IMG/VR virus record: IMGVR_UViG_3300020465_001196
Direction: 5' to 3' (one strand)
Origin: a virus
Lineage: Duplodnaviria; Caudoviricetes
DNA: 64,000 bases
The position numbers were made by a program, and so were the translations under genes. This document shows positions 9,579-17,943 of the stretch, piece after piece. Under the pieces are notes generated by a model. That model did no database searches, was not told the origin of the DNA, and saw nothing but the letters and a program-made list of their open reading frames with translations. Within the stretch, counting starts at the first letter, position 1. Each line of letters opens with the position of its first letter.

Positions 9579-10127
9579 TTATTTATCTTTCAAAAATTCT
9601 GTTATATCTAAGTCATACTTAATAGAATCAACTTTATGAACTCCCATTAAATATAAAACATATGACGAAACTGATGATCCTCTACCAACTCCCCAAACTA
9701 TATCATTATCTCTCATAACTTTAATTAGATATACTAAAAATCTTAATACATTTAATAAACCATACTTTACGTATAGTTCAAGTTCATTATCAACTCTAGT
9801 TTTTTCCTGCTCTGTTTTTGCTAATGATTTTATGTATGCTAATACATCAAGTTGTTTATATTCATCTGGCATATACCAATCAGATTGTAATGCTGTATCA
9901 TAATCTTTTACTGGAATATCTAGTTTTGATAATGTTTTAATTTTTGGCCAATCAATATTAAGATCTGAAAGTACATCATTATACATTTCAATTCTTTTAT
10001 CATTGACTTTTAAATTATCAATATTTTTACCTTGATATATTAATTCAACCAAATCATTACAGTTTACAACTGGTTCACCATAATCATTTGTGTTTGTAAT
10101 TCTACCTGTATCAATCATTATATCCAA
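9579..10127 (-). CDS. Stand-alone fragment of DNA polymerase III alpha (DnaE-like)
   Basis: WGVGRGSSVSSYVLYLMGVHKVDSIKYDL matches the DnaE GPGRGSAAGSLVAYALGIT..DP..Y.L segment; ends before the catalytic Asp residues. Confidence 0.8.
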   Translation of the reverse strand: MDIMIDTGRITNTNDYGEPVVNCNDLVELIYQGKNIDNLKVNDKRIEMYNDVLSDLNIDWPKIKTLSKLDIPVKDYDTALQSDWYMPDEYKQLDVLAYIKSLAKTEQEKTRVDNELELYVKYGLLNVLRFLVYLIKVMRDNDIVWGVGRGSSVSSYVLYLMGVHKVDSIKYDLDITEFLKDK

Positions 10128-10142
10128 ATTATATTATATAAT

Positions 10143-10427
10143 TTAAGATTTGTCAATATCTTTGTTTTCTTTTTCTTGTTTTTCTAAGAATTCTTTAAGT
10201 GCCACATCTATTCTTTTATCACCTTTGTAGTACTCATGAATAAAATTGAACATCCAATCGACTACTTCTTTAGGCGAGTGTTCAATTATTAATTTTTGCA
10301 ATATGTAATTAACTCTTTTTTTGAGCTTGTCCGGAGGAAGAACAACTTTTTCAGAAAGGTTTTCCCTCGGACTACTATGCAGATCGTCTTCTTGGTCGTC
10401 CATAAGTTTCTCCACCAGTGCGTTCAT
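10143..10427 (-). CDS. Hypothetical protein
   Basis: ORF; overlaps the upstream ORF by 53 nt, so start uncertain. Confidence 0.45.
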   Translation of the reverse strand: MNALVEKLMDDQEDDLHSSPRENLSEKVVLPPDKLKKRVNYILQKLIIEHSPKEVVDWMFNFIHEYYKGDKRIDVALKEFLEKQEKENKDIDKS

Positions 10428-10794
10428 TTGAAAGTCTCTGTTTCCATTTTTCGTTAAACTGAGTCATCCAATTTGTTTTTAAAGCCTGAACACAGGCTCC
10501 ATATGTGCATCCTGCTGGTTTGTATGATCTATATAATTTATATGCTTCGTGTTTAATTCTTTCTTCTTCAGCCCATTTGGCATATCTATCTTTAGAAGCT
10601 TGATCTCTTCTAGTTGATAATTCTTTCCAATATTTTTCTCTGGCGTGCCAGCCTTTTAATACTGATTCATCAACTAATTCTCCTGAACGTCTTGCACGTC
10701 TCATCATATTACGAGTTTTACGTCCAACTCTTCCACCTAATCCACCTTTTGAAGTGTAACCTTTTTTAGTATTATTTTTTGGTCCTTTTCCCAT
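10375..10794 (-). CDS. Basic hypothetical protein
   Basis: K/R-rich ORF, coupled to the upstream stop. Confidence 0.55.
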   Translation of the reverse strand: MGKGPKNNTKKGYTSKGGLGGRVGRKTRNMMRRARRSGELVDESVLKGWHAREKYWKELSTRRDQASKDRYAKWAEEERIKHEAYKLYRSYKPAGCTYGACVQALKTNWMTQFNEKWKQRLSNERTGGETYGRPRRRSA

Positions 10795-11042
10795 TATTTG
10801 CTTTCCGGTTCATCGCCTACCACTGTAAATGGTTCTTCGTTGAACACTTGGTCGCTGATATCTTTATCTATTCGACCTTTCATTTCTATCATTAAAAAGT
10901 CTAGTTGTCTTTTCATTTGAGCATAGGCTTCATTGTAGCCGCCTCTTTTTTCAATAAAGGCTAACTTATGCTGAATTTCTCTGATCAACTTTACTAATTT
11001 TTCTTGATCTAAATCAGTACGATCAAAAACATTTTCTACCAT
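10794..11042 (-). CDS. Hypothetical coiled-coil protein
   Basis: Start moved to MVENVFDR just after the iscA stop. Confidence 0.55.
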   Translation of the reverse strand: MVENVFDRTDLDQEKLVKLIREIQHKLAFIEKRGGYNEAYAQMKRQLDFLMIEMKGRIDKDISDQVFNEEPFTVVGDEPESK

Positions 11043-11043
11043 G

Positions 11044-11367
11044 TTATGCTCCGAATGATTCACCGCAACCACATGAAGAAGTTGCTGATGGATTTTTAAT
11101 TTCAAACTGAGACCCAAATACTTCACGCACATAATCTATTTCAGTGCCTGCAATAAAAGGAAGACTCATGCTGTCTACAACAAATTTACCTTCTTCTAAA
11201 TTGATTACTTCATCATTTTCATCAACTTTATCCATTGTAGTAAAACTCCAATCATACTTAAAACCTGCACAACCACCACCTAGTACAGATAATTTAACTG
11301 CATCTGTTTTGTGTTGTTTGCACAAATCTATAATTTGTTTTTTTGCTGATTCTGTAAGTGTTATCAT
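11044..11367 (-). CDS. iscA: A-type Fe-S cluster carrier (IscA/HesB/ErpA family)
   Basis: GGGCAGFKY, GTEIDY, NPSATSSCGCGESF. Confidence 0.95.
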   Translation of the reverse strand: MITLTESAKKQIIDLCKQHKTDAVKLSVLGGGCAGFKYDWSFTTMDKVDENDEVINLEEGKFVVDSMSLPFIAGTEIDYVREVFGSQFEIKNPSATSSCGCGESFGA

Positions 11368-11906
11368 TGTATAGTATTTATCTGTTTTTCAGCTGATATT
11401 CTAGATCTTTTTCTTCTACGTTTTTTTGCTTGTTTTGAAGTGCTTAAAAGCCTATTATAGGTATCTAATTGTCGTTGGTTTTCATTAAACCATAATACAT
11501 ATTCTATTGCTTTTGTTTTTGCTGATGGATTTTCAATTGCATTGATAAACTGTGGTTGATATACTTTTGTATTTTCTTCTGGAAAATACTTTACATAAAT
11601 TTGTTCATCAATAATATGATATTGTTTACCTTGTTTTATCATATATTCTTTTTCATCAGTATAGTTGTATATTTTAATATGTCTTGGCGGAACTTCATCT
11701 ATCCAAAACATACGAGGAAAATACGCAACTTCTCCATCCCAGCAAACACACTCTGGTCTATTTTGTTTTACTTCCCAAGCCATAATGTAAGCTGGTTGAG
11801 AATTTACTGTTCCCTGTGCAACAACTAACTCATCTTCAAAGTTATTCTTACGACCTGAACGCCACACCGTTTCTGTAATATCATATTTGTCATCAGTTGT
11901 TGCCAT
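11364..11906 (-). CDS. Hypothetical protein
   Basis: ORF in operon context. Confidence 0.55.
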   Translation of the reverse strand: MATTDDKYDITETVWRSGRKNNFEDELVVAQGTVNSQPAYIMAWEVKQNRPECVCWDGEVAYFPRMFWIDEVPPRHIKIYNYTDEKEYMIKQGKQYHIIDEQIYVKYFPEENTKVYQPQFINAIENPSAKTKAIEYVLWFNENQRQLDTYNRLLSTSKQAKKRRRKRSRISAEKQINTIQ

Positions 11907-11912
11907 TTACAA

Positions 11913-12095
11913 TTAAGCCGTTTCTGTTTTTGCTTCTTGTATTTCTTTTCTTCTAACTTTTGCAAGTTTAGTCATTTCAGACAAGGCTTTTCTAGCTCTT
12001 GTACCTGCCGCTTTATTGCCTTTTTCAGCAAACTTATCATTGTTTTCTTTGTATTCATTAAATAGACTTAATAATTGTTGATTAGTTGTACTCAT
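11913..12095 (-). CDS. Small basic histone H1-like (Hc1-type) nucleoid protein
   Basis: KFAEKGNKAAGTRARKALSEM..LAK..RKEIQE pattern; GGAG RBS. Confidence 0.75.
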   Translation of the reverse strand: MSTTNQQLLSLFNEYKENNDKFAEKGNKAAGTRARKALSEMTKLAKVRRKEIQEAKTETA

Positions 12096-12158
12096 AATAT
12101 TTCTCCTTATTTGTCTTATTGTAATATTTTTTTAACAAAAAGTCAATTAAAATCACTA

Positions 12159-12356
12159 AACCCTGCAATGTCCAGCTATATATTGGCCTAATATATATCC
12201 TTCTTTTACAGGGCTCCGTTATGGTAATACCTTGCGAACAAGTGGCTTACCCAGCCAACTATCGGAAATCCAGTTTTTTTAGGTGTGGTGATAGCCCCCA
12301 CATAGTTAGACACTTTAGCAAAAACCTTTCGCCGCGGTAAAACTCATTATCTCTAA
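12159..12356 (-). ncRNA. Candidate structured non-coding RNA of unknown family, downstream of hfq
   Basis: GC-enriched intergenic stretch with at least five helices, a UUCG loop, G-U pairs favouring the minus strand, and TAAATA immediately upstream. Confidence 0.55.
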
Positions 12357-12371
12357 CAACAATATTATTTA

Positions 12372-12578
12372 TTATAGATCAATTGGATCAATTGGCATGA
12401 TTGTTGATATAGCATTTTTATATACCAACTGCGTGTGTTTATCACGTTTTAAGTTCAACGTATTATCATCATATGATGTAATTTCACCACTTAACTTTAC
12501 TCCGTTAATTAAGAAGATAGTCACTTGGGCATTGCCATCTATCAATGTTTGTATAAATTTTGTTTCGTTATCTTTCAT
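12372..12578 (-). CDS. hfq: RNA chaperone Hfq
   Basis: [19 protein letters not shown] (Sm1) and [13 protein letters not shown] (Sm2). Confidence 0.92.
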   Translation of the reverse strand: MKDNETKFIQTLIDGNAQVTIFLINGVKLSGEITSYDDNTLNLKRDKHTQLVYKNAISTIMPIDPIDL

Positions 12579-12626
12579 AGTTTTTCCATTGTAAACTACT
12601 GTCTACTCTTTATTTTATTTATCTTT

Positions 12627-12869
12627 TTACTTATGTGATTTAGTTAATTTCAACAGCATTTGGTACTGTTTGTATGCTTCATTAACTGATGGATAACGTC
12701 TTCTCATGTATTGCTCATGCTTCATTTTTTGCTCTTGATTTTTGAGCTTTCTTTTCAAACTATGAAGTTCATTTATTTCAAAATTTTCATGATATGAATC
12801 TGATTGTAATTGTTTTATTTGAGCCTGCATTTGTTCTAAAGCATACTCTAAATCTTTTTCTTTATCCAT
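12627..12869 (-). CDS. Hypothetical coiled-coil protein, paralog A
   Basis: Shares KHEQYMRR.YP.VNEAYK.YQ with the next ORF. Confidence 0.65.
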   Translation of the reverse strand: MDKEKDLEYALEQMQAQIKQLQSDSYHENFEINELHSLKRKLKNQEQKMKHEQYMRRRYPSVNEAYKQYQMLLKLTKSHK

Positions 12870-12871
12870 AG

Positions 12872-13138
12872 TTACCTCACTGTTCTCATTACCATTCTAT
12901 ATTGCTTATATGCTTCTTGGTAATTTTTATATGCTTCATTAACTGCTGGGTATTTTTTACGCATATATTGTTCATGTTTTGTTTTTCTTTCTACTTCAGA
13001 AACTTTACGCCTTAAACTTTGAGGATCTGTTTTTTGTGATGTTTTTACTATTGTCCTTCTAGTTATTAATGCTTCTTCTTGAATTAGTTCTTTTAGATCA
13101 TTAAATTCTTGGCGTGTTATTGTTTCTTGCTTACCCAT
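12872..13138 (-). CDS. Hypothetical coiled-coil protein, paralog B
   Basis: KHEQYMRKKYPAVNEAYKNYQ. Confidence 0.65.
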   Translation of the reverse strand: MGKQETITRQEFNDLKELIQEEALITRRTIVKTSQKTDPQSLRRKVSEVERKTKHEQYMRKKYPAVNEAYKNYQEAYKQYRMVMRTVR

Positions 13139-14624
13139 TATTATCTATCCACTTGTTGAGTAGTTTAACTCCCCAACCTGTAGCACCACCTTTTGCTGTC
13201 ATAGATCCTTTATCGTTCCAAGTAACACCTGCTATATCAATATGTGTCCAAGGAGTGTCATTTACAAATCTCTGCAAAAATTGTGCCGCTGTTGTTGAAC
13301 TCGCTTCTCCACCTTTACCTACATTGTGCATATCAGCAATAGTTGAGTCAACATATTTGTCATATCTTTCTCCTATTGGATCGCATGGTAAACGCCATAC
13401 TTTTTCATCTACTTGATGCCCTGCATCAATTAATTGCTGTGCCATTAATGAATTATTTGTAAATATACCAGCAAGTTGATCACCAAGTGCAATTGAAATT
13501 GCTCCTGTTAGTGTTGCTAAATTAATCATTGTTTTTGGCTTGTATGTTTCTTGTGTGTACCATAAGCAATCTGCTAATACTACTCTACCTTCAGCATCTG
13601 TGTTGTCAATTTCAATAGTTTGCCCACTCATAGATGTAATAACATCGCCTGGCTTGTATGCATTACTAGATACCATATTTTCTACTAATCCAATAACACC
13701 AACTGCATTAATAGGCAAATTACGTTTTGCAATACTAATCATTGTACCAACAACTACTGCTGATCCACCCATGTCGTATTTCATATCTTTTAAACCTCTC
13801 GATGGCTTAATAGAATATCCGCCTGTATCGAAACACACACCTTTACCAACAAAGGCACTAGGTGCATCACCTTTTTTGCCATTCATCCATTCCATTACAA
13901 CCATTTGAGATTCTCTAGCACTACCTTGACCTACTGCCAATAATGCACCAGCACCCATTTTTTCAAGTTCTTTTTCACCATATACTTTAACTTTAAGTCC
14001 TAAGGCTTCTAATCCTTTAACACGGTCAGCATATGATTTTGGATATAAAACATTTGATGGTTCTGAAATTAAATCTTTTGCAAATGCAATTCCTTCTACC
14101 ATTGCGTTTTTATGTGTATATTCTTCTTGTAGTTTTGTTAAATCAACACCTTCTTGACAAACATCAACATCAAAATCAGTTTCTTCTTTGTCTTTTTTAG
14201 TAAAGTATTTGTCAAACTTATATTGTTTTAACTGCATACCAAAAGCAATATTACTTACAGATGTTTTAATTTCTTTGTCAGTAAACACTAATACACGACC
14301 TTGTGTACCACGTTCTTGCAATTTAGTGTAAACTGCTCCACCAATCTTTTCTAATTTTGCATCATCTAATTTTACTGGGTCACCTACACTAATAAACAAT
14401 GCATCATGACAAGGAAGATTATTAGATGTAATAAAAAAACTATCTAAAAACTTTCCTTTAAATTTATTTTGCCCAAGTGTTTCGTTTAGTAAACCATCAG
14501 TACCTTGATCTAATATACTTGCTGATTGTGATAGCTGAATGTCATCACCTACTTTATAAAGTAAATGTACTTCACAATTACTTTCACCGCTTGATTCTAA
14601 ATCATTTATAAAATTTATTTTCAT
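13131..14624 (-). CDS. pepA: Leucyl aminopeptidase (M17, PepA)
   Basis: VGKGVCFDTGGYSIK, MKYDMGG, NTDAEGR, ATLTGA, HIDIAG. Confidence 0.96.
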   Translation of the reverse strand: MKINFINDLESSGESNCEVHLLYKVGDDIQLSQSASILDQGTDGLLNETLGQNKFKGKFLDSFFITSNNLPCHDALFISVGDPVKLDDAKLEKIGGAVYTKLQERGTQGRVLVFTDKEIKTSVSNIAFGMQLKQYKFDKYFTKKDKEETDFDVDVCQEGVDLTKLQEEYTHKNAMVEGIAFAKDLISEPSNVLYPKSYADRVKGLEALGLKVKVYGEKELEKMGAGALLAVGQGSARESQMVVMEWMNGKKGDAPSAFVGKGVCFDTGGYSIKPSRGLKDMKYDMGGSAVVVGTMISIAKRNLPINAVGVIGLVENMVSSNAYKPGDVITSMSGQTIEIDNTDAEGRVVLADCLWYTQETYKPKTMINLATLTGAISIALGDQLAGIFTNNSLMAQQLIDAGHQVDEKVWRLPCDPIGERYDKYVDSTIADMHNVGKGGEASSTTAAQFLQRFVNDTPWTHIDIAGVTWNDKGSMTAKGGATGWGVKLLNKWIDNNG

Positions 14625-14884
14625 TTGATCTCCATATCTTTTGTAAGAACTAATGGCGTATCTTCTTCACGTGCTTTACGAGATATTTCTTCTAGTTCTT
14701 GTTTTTCTTTTAGTTCTCGTTGCTCAAATATTTCTATTTGAATTGATTCTTTAATTTCATTAGCAAGTTCTGGCCATTTAGAAACAAAGTTATGAACAAA
14801 GTCATCACGTTGTTTTTGATCCATCCTTGCAATTTGCTCTGTAACGTCAATTAACATATTTCCTTCATATGATTTAACTATCAT
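14621..14884 (-). CDS. Hypothetical protein
   Basis: Coupled ORF. Confidence 0.55.
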   Translation of the reverse strand: MIVKSYEGNMLIDVTEQIARMDQKQRDDFVHNFVSKWPELANEIKESIQIEIFEQRELKEKQELEEISRKAREEDTPLVLTKDMEIK

Positions 14885-15216
14885 GCTACTACTTCCTCTT
14901 TAGGCATTTCATACATTGGAAATTCTGCTTTACCACGTTTAGGTTCATGCATACCAACTGCCCAACCATTTTCAAGTTCAACCCAATACTTTACAGTCTT
15001 TTCAGGACCAGGCCATCCATAGTTACCTGCATTACGTTGTTTGATTTTTATATCACTAAACTGTTTAGCAGGAATTTCTTTTTTCTTATACTTTCGCATA
15101 TTCCACCACCATTGAAAATCAAGTCCAAGTGTAGTTTCGTTATCCAATTCATGAGAAACATTAAAAACTTCTGATGATGAATATAATCCTAATGGATCGT
15201 TTTTTTTATTTGGCAT
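14881..15216 (-). CDS. Hypothetical phage protein
   Basis: Coupled ORF; GWPGPE..VKYWVELENG.AVG. Confidence 0.6.
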   Translation of the reverse strand: MPNKKNDPLGLYSSSEVFNVSHELDNETTLGLDFQWWWNMRKYKKKEIPAKQFSDIKIKQRNAGNYGWPGPEKTVKYWVELENGWAVGMHEPKRGKAEFPMYEMPKEEVVA

Positions 15217-15424
15217 TTAGCTCTCCTTTGTAGTTGATCTTAGTTTTAGTTTCTGTATTCCAAATATAGTGATGTGGAAATGCTTTTGGTCTTTTATCTT
15301 TTAATTCTAACATGGCTTGTTGAGCATCATCTTCTGTTTTAAATTGTGCTACAACTAATTCATCTTGTATTCTAGGTATATACCAAATCTCATACATTAC
15401 TTTACCTCCACTGGTCCGTACCAT
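15206..15424 (-). CDS. Hypothetical protein
   Basis: Coupled ORF. Confidence 0.5.
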   Translation of the reverse strand: MVRTSGGKVMYEIWYIPRIQDELVVAQFKTEDDAQQAMLELKDKRPKAFPHHYIWNTETKTKINYKGELNAK

Positions 15425-15741
15425 TGTTCAAATTCAAATTGAAAATCTTCATCATATTTTACATAATGCCAAACACTATCTTTTTCTTTTTGTGATGCTG
15501 TAGAAACTATATCTGTAAATACCTGTTGTTGTTCTTCACTTGCTTGTTCTTTTAATTCTTCTACTTTGTCAAATTCTTCATCAGTTTCAGCATTGTCTTC
15601 TAATTCAGATGCTTGATCCCAAAGATCCCAAACTTCATTATGTGCATCTTCATTCCAACTATTAATCAATTCCCAAGCTTCATCTCTTGATAATAAATCT
15701 TGTTTTAGTATATCTACTACTTGTTGTTCTTTGTCAGCCAT
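15397..15741 (-). CDS. Acidic hypothetical protein
   Basis: Start moved to MADKEQ, overlapping the upstream TAA. Confidence 0.55.
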   Translation of the reverse strand: MADKEQQVVDILKQDLLSRDEAWELINSWNEDAHNEVWDLWDQASELEDNAETDEEFDKVEELKEQASEEQQQVFTDIVSTASQKEKDSVWHYVKYDEDFQFEFEQWYGPVEVK

Positions 15742-15869
15742 TAGTAACTCGCATATACTACAAATAAGATACAAGCAATGAATCCTGCAATCAATACATG
15801 ATTACCAAGATTCCACCAACTTGTACCTACTGTGTGTTTGTTTTTTGGATCTATAAATTTATTTTGCAT
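15741..15869 (-). CDS. Small 42-aa membrane protein (not in ORF track)
   Basis: MQNKFIDPKNKHTVGTSWWNLGNHVLIAGFIACILFVVYASY; TAATG coupling at both ends. Confidence 0.65.
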   Translation of the reverse strand: MQNKFIDPKNKHTVGTSWWNLGNHVLIAGFIACILFVVYASY

Positions 15870-16195
15870 TAATCTCTTGTTTGTAAATGTTCTGGTATTG
15901 TATCAACACAAAAGAATGTTAAATTTTCTTCTTCAACTGCTCTCATTACTTTACAATCTTTACCAGTTACTTTTGATATAATATGATCAGTTGTTGTTTT
16001 TTCACCATTTAATGTTTGTGCAATATCTACACCAGTTTTTGCAATAGTAATTGTTTTATAAGTTTGATAAGAACCAGATGCTGTTGCTGTTGCACTACTT
16101 CCAACTAAAAAACTAGGGGCCGCACATCCTTGTAATAATACAAGTACACTTATCCATAACAACATTAAAAATAATATTGGTCTGTCATTCATCAT
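15869..16195 (-). CDS. Putative lipoprotein
   Basis: Hydrophobic leader with lipobox LQGC. Confidence 0.65.
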   Translation of the reverse strand: MMNDRPILFLMLLWISVLVLLQGCAAPSFLVGSSATATASGSYQTYKTITIAKTGVDIAQTLNGEKTTTDHIISKVTGKDCKVMRAVEEENLTFFCVDTIPEHLQTRD

Positions 16196-16638
16196 ACTTT
16201 TCTACCTGCTGTCTTTAAATCTTCTCTTGCTACTACCATATAAGGTCCTTTATTATATGCTGGTGCAATTGAATATTGTCTACTTACTTCTAATCTTTCT
16301 TTTTCTTCACGCCAATTTCTTGTAGCACCACCACCAATTTTATTACTCAACTTAGGTTCTTGTTTGGCAGGAGTGGAAGGATTCGAACCCTCACTTACGG
16401 TTTTGGAGACCGACGTGCTAACCGTTGACACTACACTCCTAGTTGTAGTAACGGGTGGCTTGTATTTGCCACGTCTATAATCAATATAATCTTGCTCTGT
16501 CATTTGTGGTAACCCTTTGCTTTTTAAAAATTTATTTTGTTCTTTGAACCCTTGCATATAATATTCAGTTTTCTTAGGTTTAGTCTTTCGCTTCTTTGTA
16601 TTCAGAGTGGTTAAGCCACGTTCTAAGTGCATTGTCAT
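16192..16638 (-). CDS. Basic phage protein whose linker is encoded by a tRNA-Trp gene
   Basis: Open frame runs through the tRNA; protein-like N-terminus (MTMHLERGLTTLN) and C-terminus (IAPAYNKGPYMVV); sigma70 promoter upstream. Confidence 0.7.
   Translation of the reverse strand: MTMHLERGLTTLNTKKRKTKPKKTEYYMQGFKEQNKFLKSKGLPQMTEQDYIDYRRGKYKPPVTTTRSVVSTVSTSVSKTVSEGSNPSTPAKQEPKLSNKIGGGATRNWREEKERLEVSRQYSIAPAYNKGPYMVVAREDLKTAGRKV
16365..16440 (-). tRNA. trnW: tRNA-Trp(CCA)
   Basis: 76-nt cloverleaf: acceptor AGGAGUG/CACUCCU, anticodon loop CUCCAAA, GGUUCGAAUCC T-arm, encoded CCA; U27-U43 mismatch. Confidence 0.88.
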
Positions 16639-16689
16639 AGTATTAATATAACACATATTAGTCTTTTGTCAACCAAAAAGACTAATCTT

Positions 16690-16887
16690 TTATTGGCCAA
16701 AAAGTTGAGAAAATAAAATATAGTCTATCCAAAAGGTTATCTGACTCATTAATAGTACTGAAACCCAATAATTATATTCATACTTTACATTATACTTTTG
16801 GCCAATATACATAAAAAATCTAACTAATATTCCTCCAACTAACAATACTCGTAAGGTATAGAGAAAATTAGCTACTAAAAATTCCAT
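16690..16887 (-). CDS. Small membrane protein
   Basis: Two hydrophobic segments. Confidence 0.55.
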   Translation of the reverse strand: MEFLVANFLYTLRVLLVGGILVRFFMYIGQKYNVKYEYNYWVSVLLMSQITFWIDYILFSQLFGQ

Positions 16888-17927
16888 TATGCTGTTGCTG
16901 GTTGCTTCGCTTCTTTTTTATCAGTCATTTGTTGTTCAGCTACAATAAATGGTGGTTTTCTATTTTTTGAACTGTGGTTTAATAATGATAATGTTCTAGT
17001 AAAAATTAAATCAAGTTCTTTATCTAATGTTTTCTTTACCAGACCTTGTTGTTTAGCAATAGATATTACACCTCCAACTCCTGCAACAAACTCAGGTACA
17101 TACACTACATTTTTTCCATGCATATTATATCCTGCTTTATTACTTTGAAGTTGAGCATCAGTAACTCCTACTACATTTGATCCTTTTAACTCTATTGTAG
17201 ATTTTTTATCTAATTGATCTGCACTTCCACATAAAACATATAAATCAGATGGAACTGTGTGTGCTTCTTCAGTTGTACAAGTTCCAAAATGCATATGAGC
17301 ATATAACTCATTTATATTATTTTGATTAGTATCACAAACTGTAATATTTGCTCCTGCACGTTCTAACAATTGTGCTACTTCAGAACCTAATTTACCTACA
17401 CCATTAATTACTATGTGCTTGTATTGTAAATTTTTATTACCATGTAAAAACTGTTGTAATGCTCTTATTGAGTAATAAGCACCTTTTGCCTGTGCTTTAA
17501 AAAATAATTCATTATCTATTTTAAGTACATTTTCATTTGACTCACAAAGATGTTCAATAGCAAGTTCGTCAATTTCACTTTCAACAAAAGATAAAATAGA
17601 ATCTTTGTTTGAAGCAAGTATTGTGCTTAACTGGTCAATTACTTTTCTAATATTTTTTATTGCTGATGAATTTATTGTAATTGCTCCCCCAGTATATGGA
17701 AGTCCAGCATAAAAAACTTTTTTAGACATTGTACTTGTATATTTTAATGTTTGTTCTAGTTGTTGATTGTGTGATGAATATTCTTCAAATTTAATCGCAC
17801 ACAAACTAATATGATTTTGATTCATTATTTTTTGTGTAGCAATTATAGATTCTAAACCACTTTCTGGTTCAGTTACACGGATTACCTTCTCATACCCTTC
17901 TTGAGAAATCGTATCTATTTGTATCAT
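16887..17927 (-). CDS. Glu/Leu/Phe/Val dehydrogenase-like protein with degenerate active site
   Basis: EKVIRVTEPESGL, QAKGAY, INGVGKLG (NAD-binding), YVPEFVAGVGGVI; GGGK catalytic motif reads TGGAI. Confidence 0.75.
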   Translation of the reverse strand: MIQIDTISQEGYEKVIRVTEPESGLESIIATQKIMNQNHISLCAIKFEEYSSHNQQLEQTLKYTSTMSKKVFYAGLPYTGGAITINSSAIKNIRKVIDQLSTILASNKDSILSFVESEIDELAIEHLCESNENVLKIDNELFFKAQAKGAYYSIRALQQFLHGNKNLQYKHIVINGVGKLGSEVAQLLERAGANITVCDTNQNNINELYAHMHFGTCTTEEAHTVPSDLYVLCGSADQLDKKSTIELKGSNVVGVTDAQLQSNKAGYNMHGKNVVYVPEFVAGVGGVISIAKQQGLVKKTLDKELDLIFTRTLSLLNHSSKNRKPPFIVAEQQMTDKKEAKQPATA

Positions 17928-17943
17928 TTATTATCTCCAATTA

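Noticed and set aside
12200-12345. Possible short ORF MSFTAAKGFC with a +1 frameshift at UUUUU into a 38-codon frame
   Set aside because: No RBS, no canonical slippery site, and an open frame is expected in a GC-richer stretch; RNA structure explains the region better
12159-12356. Idea that this RNA is the missing RNase P S-domain supplied in trans, or a two-piece tmRNA
   Set aside because: Only a weak plus-strand CGGUAAAAC resemblance; no CR II/CR III T-loop motifs, no T-arm/CCA and no tag frame on the transcribed strand
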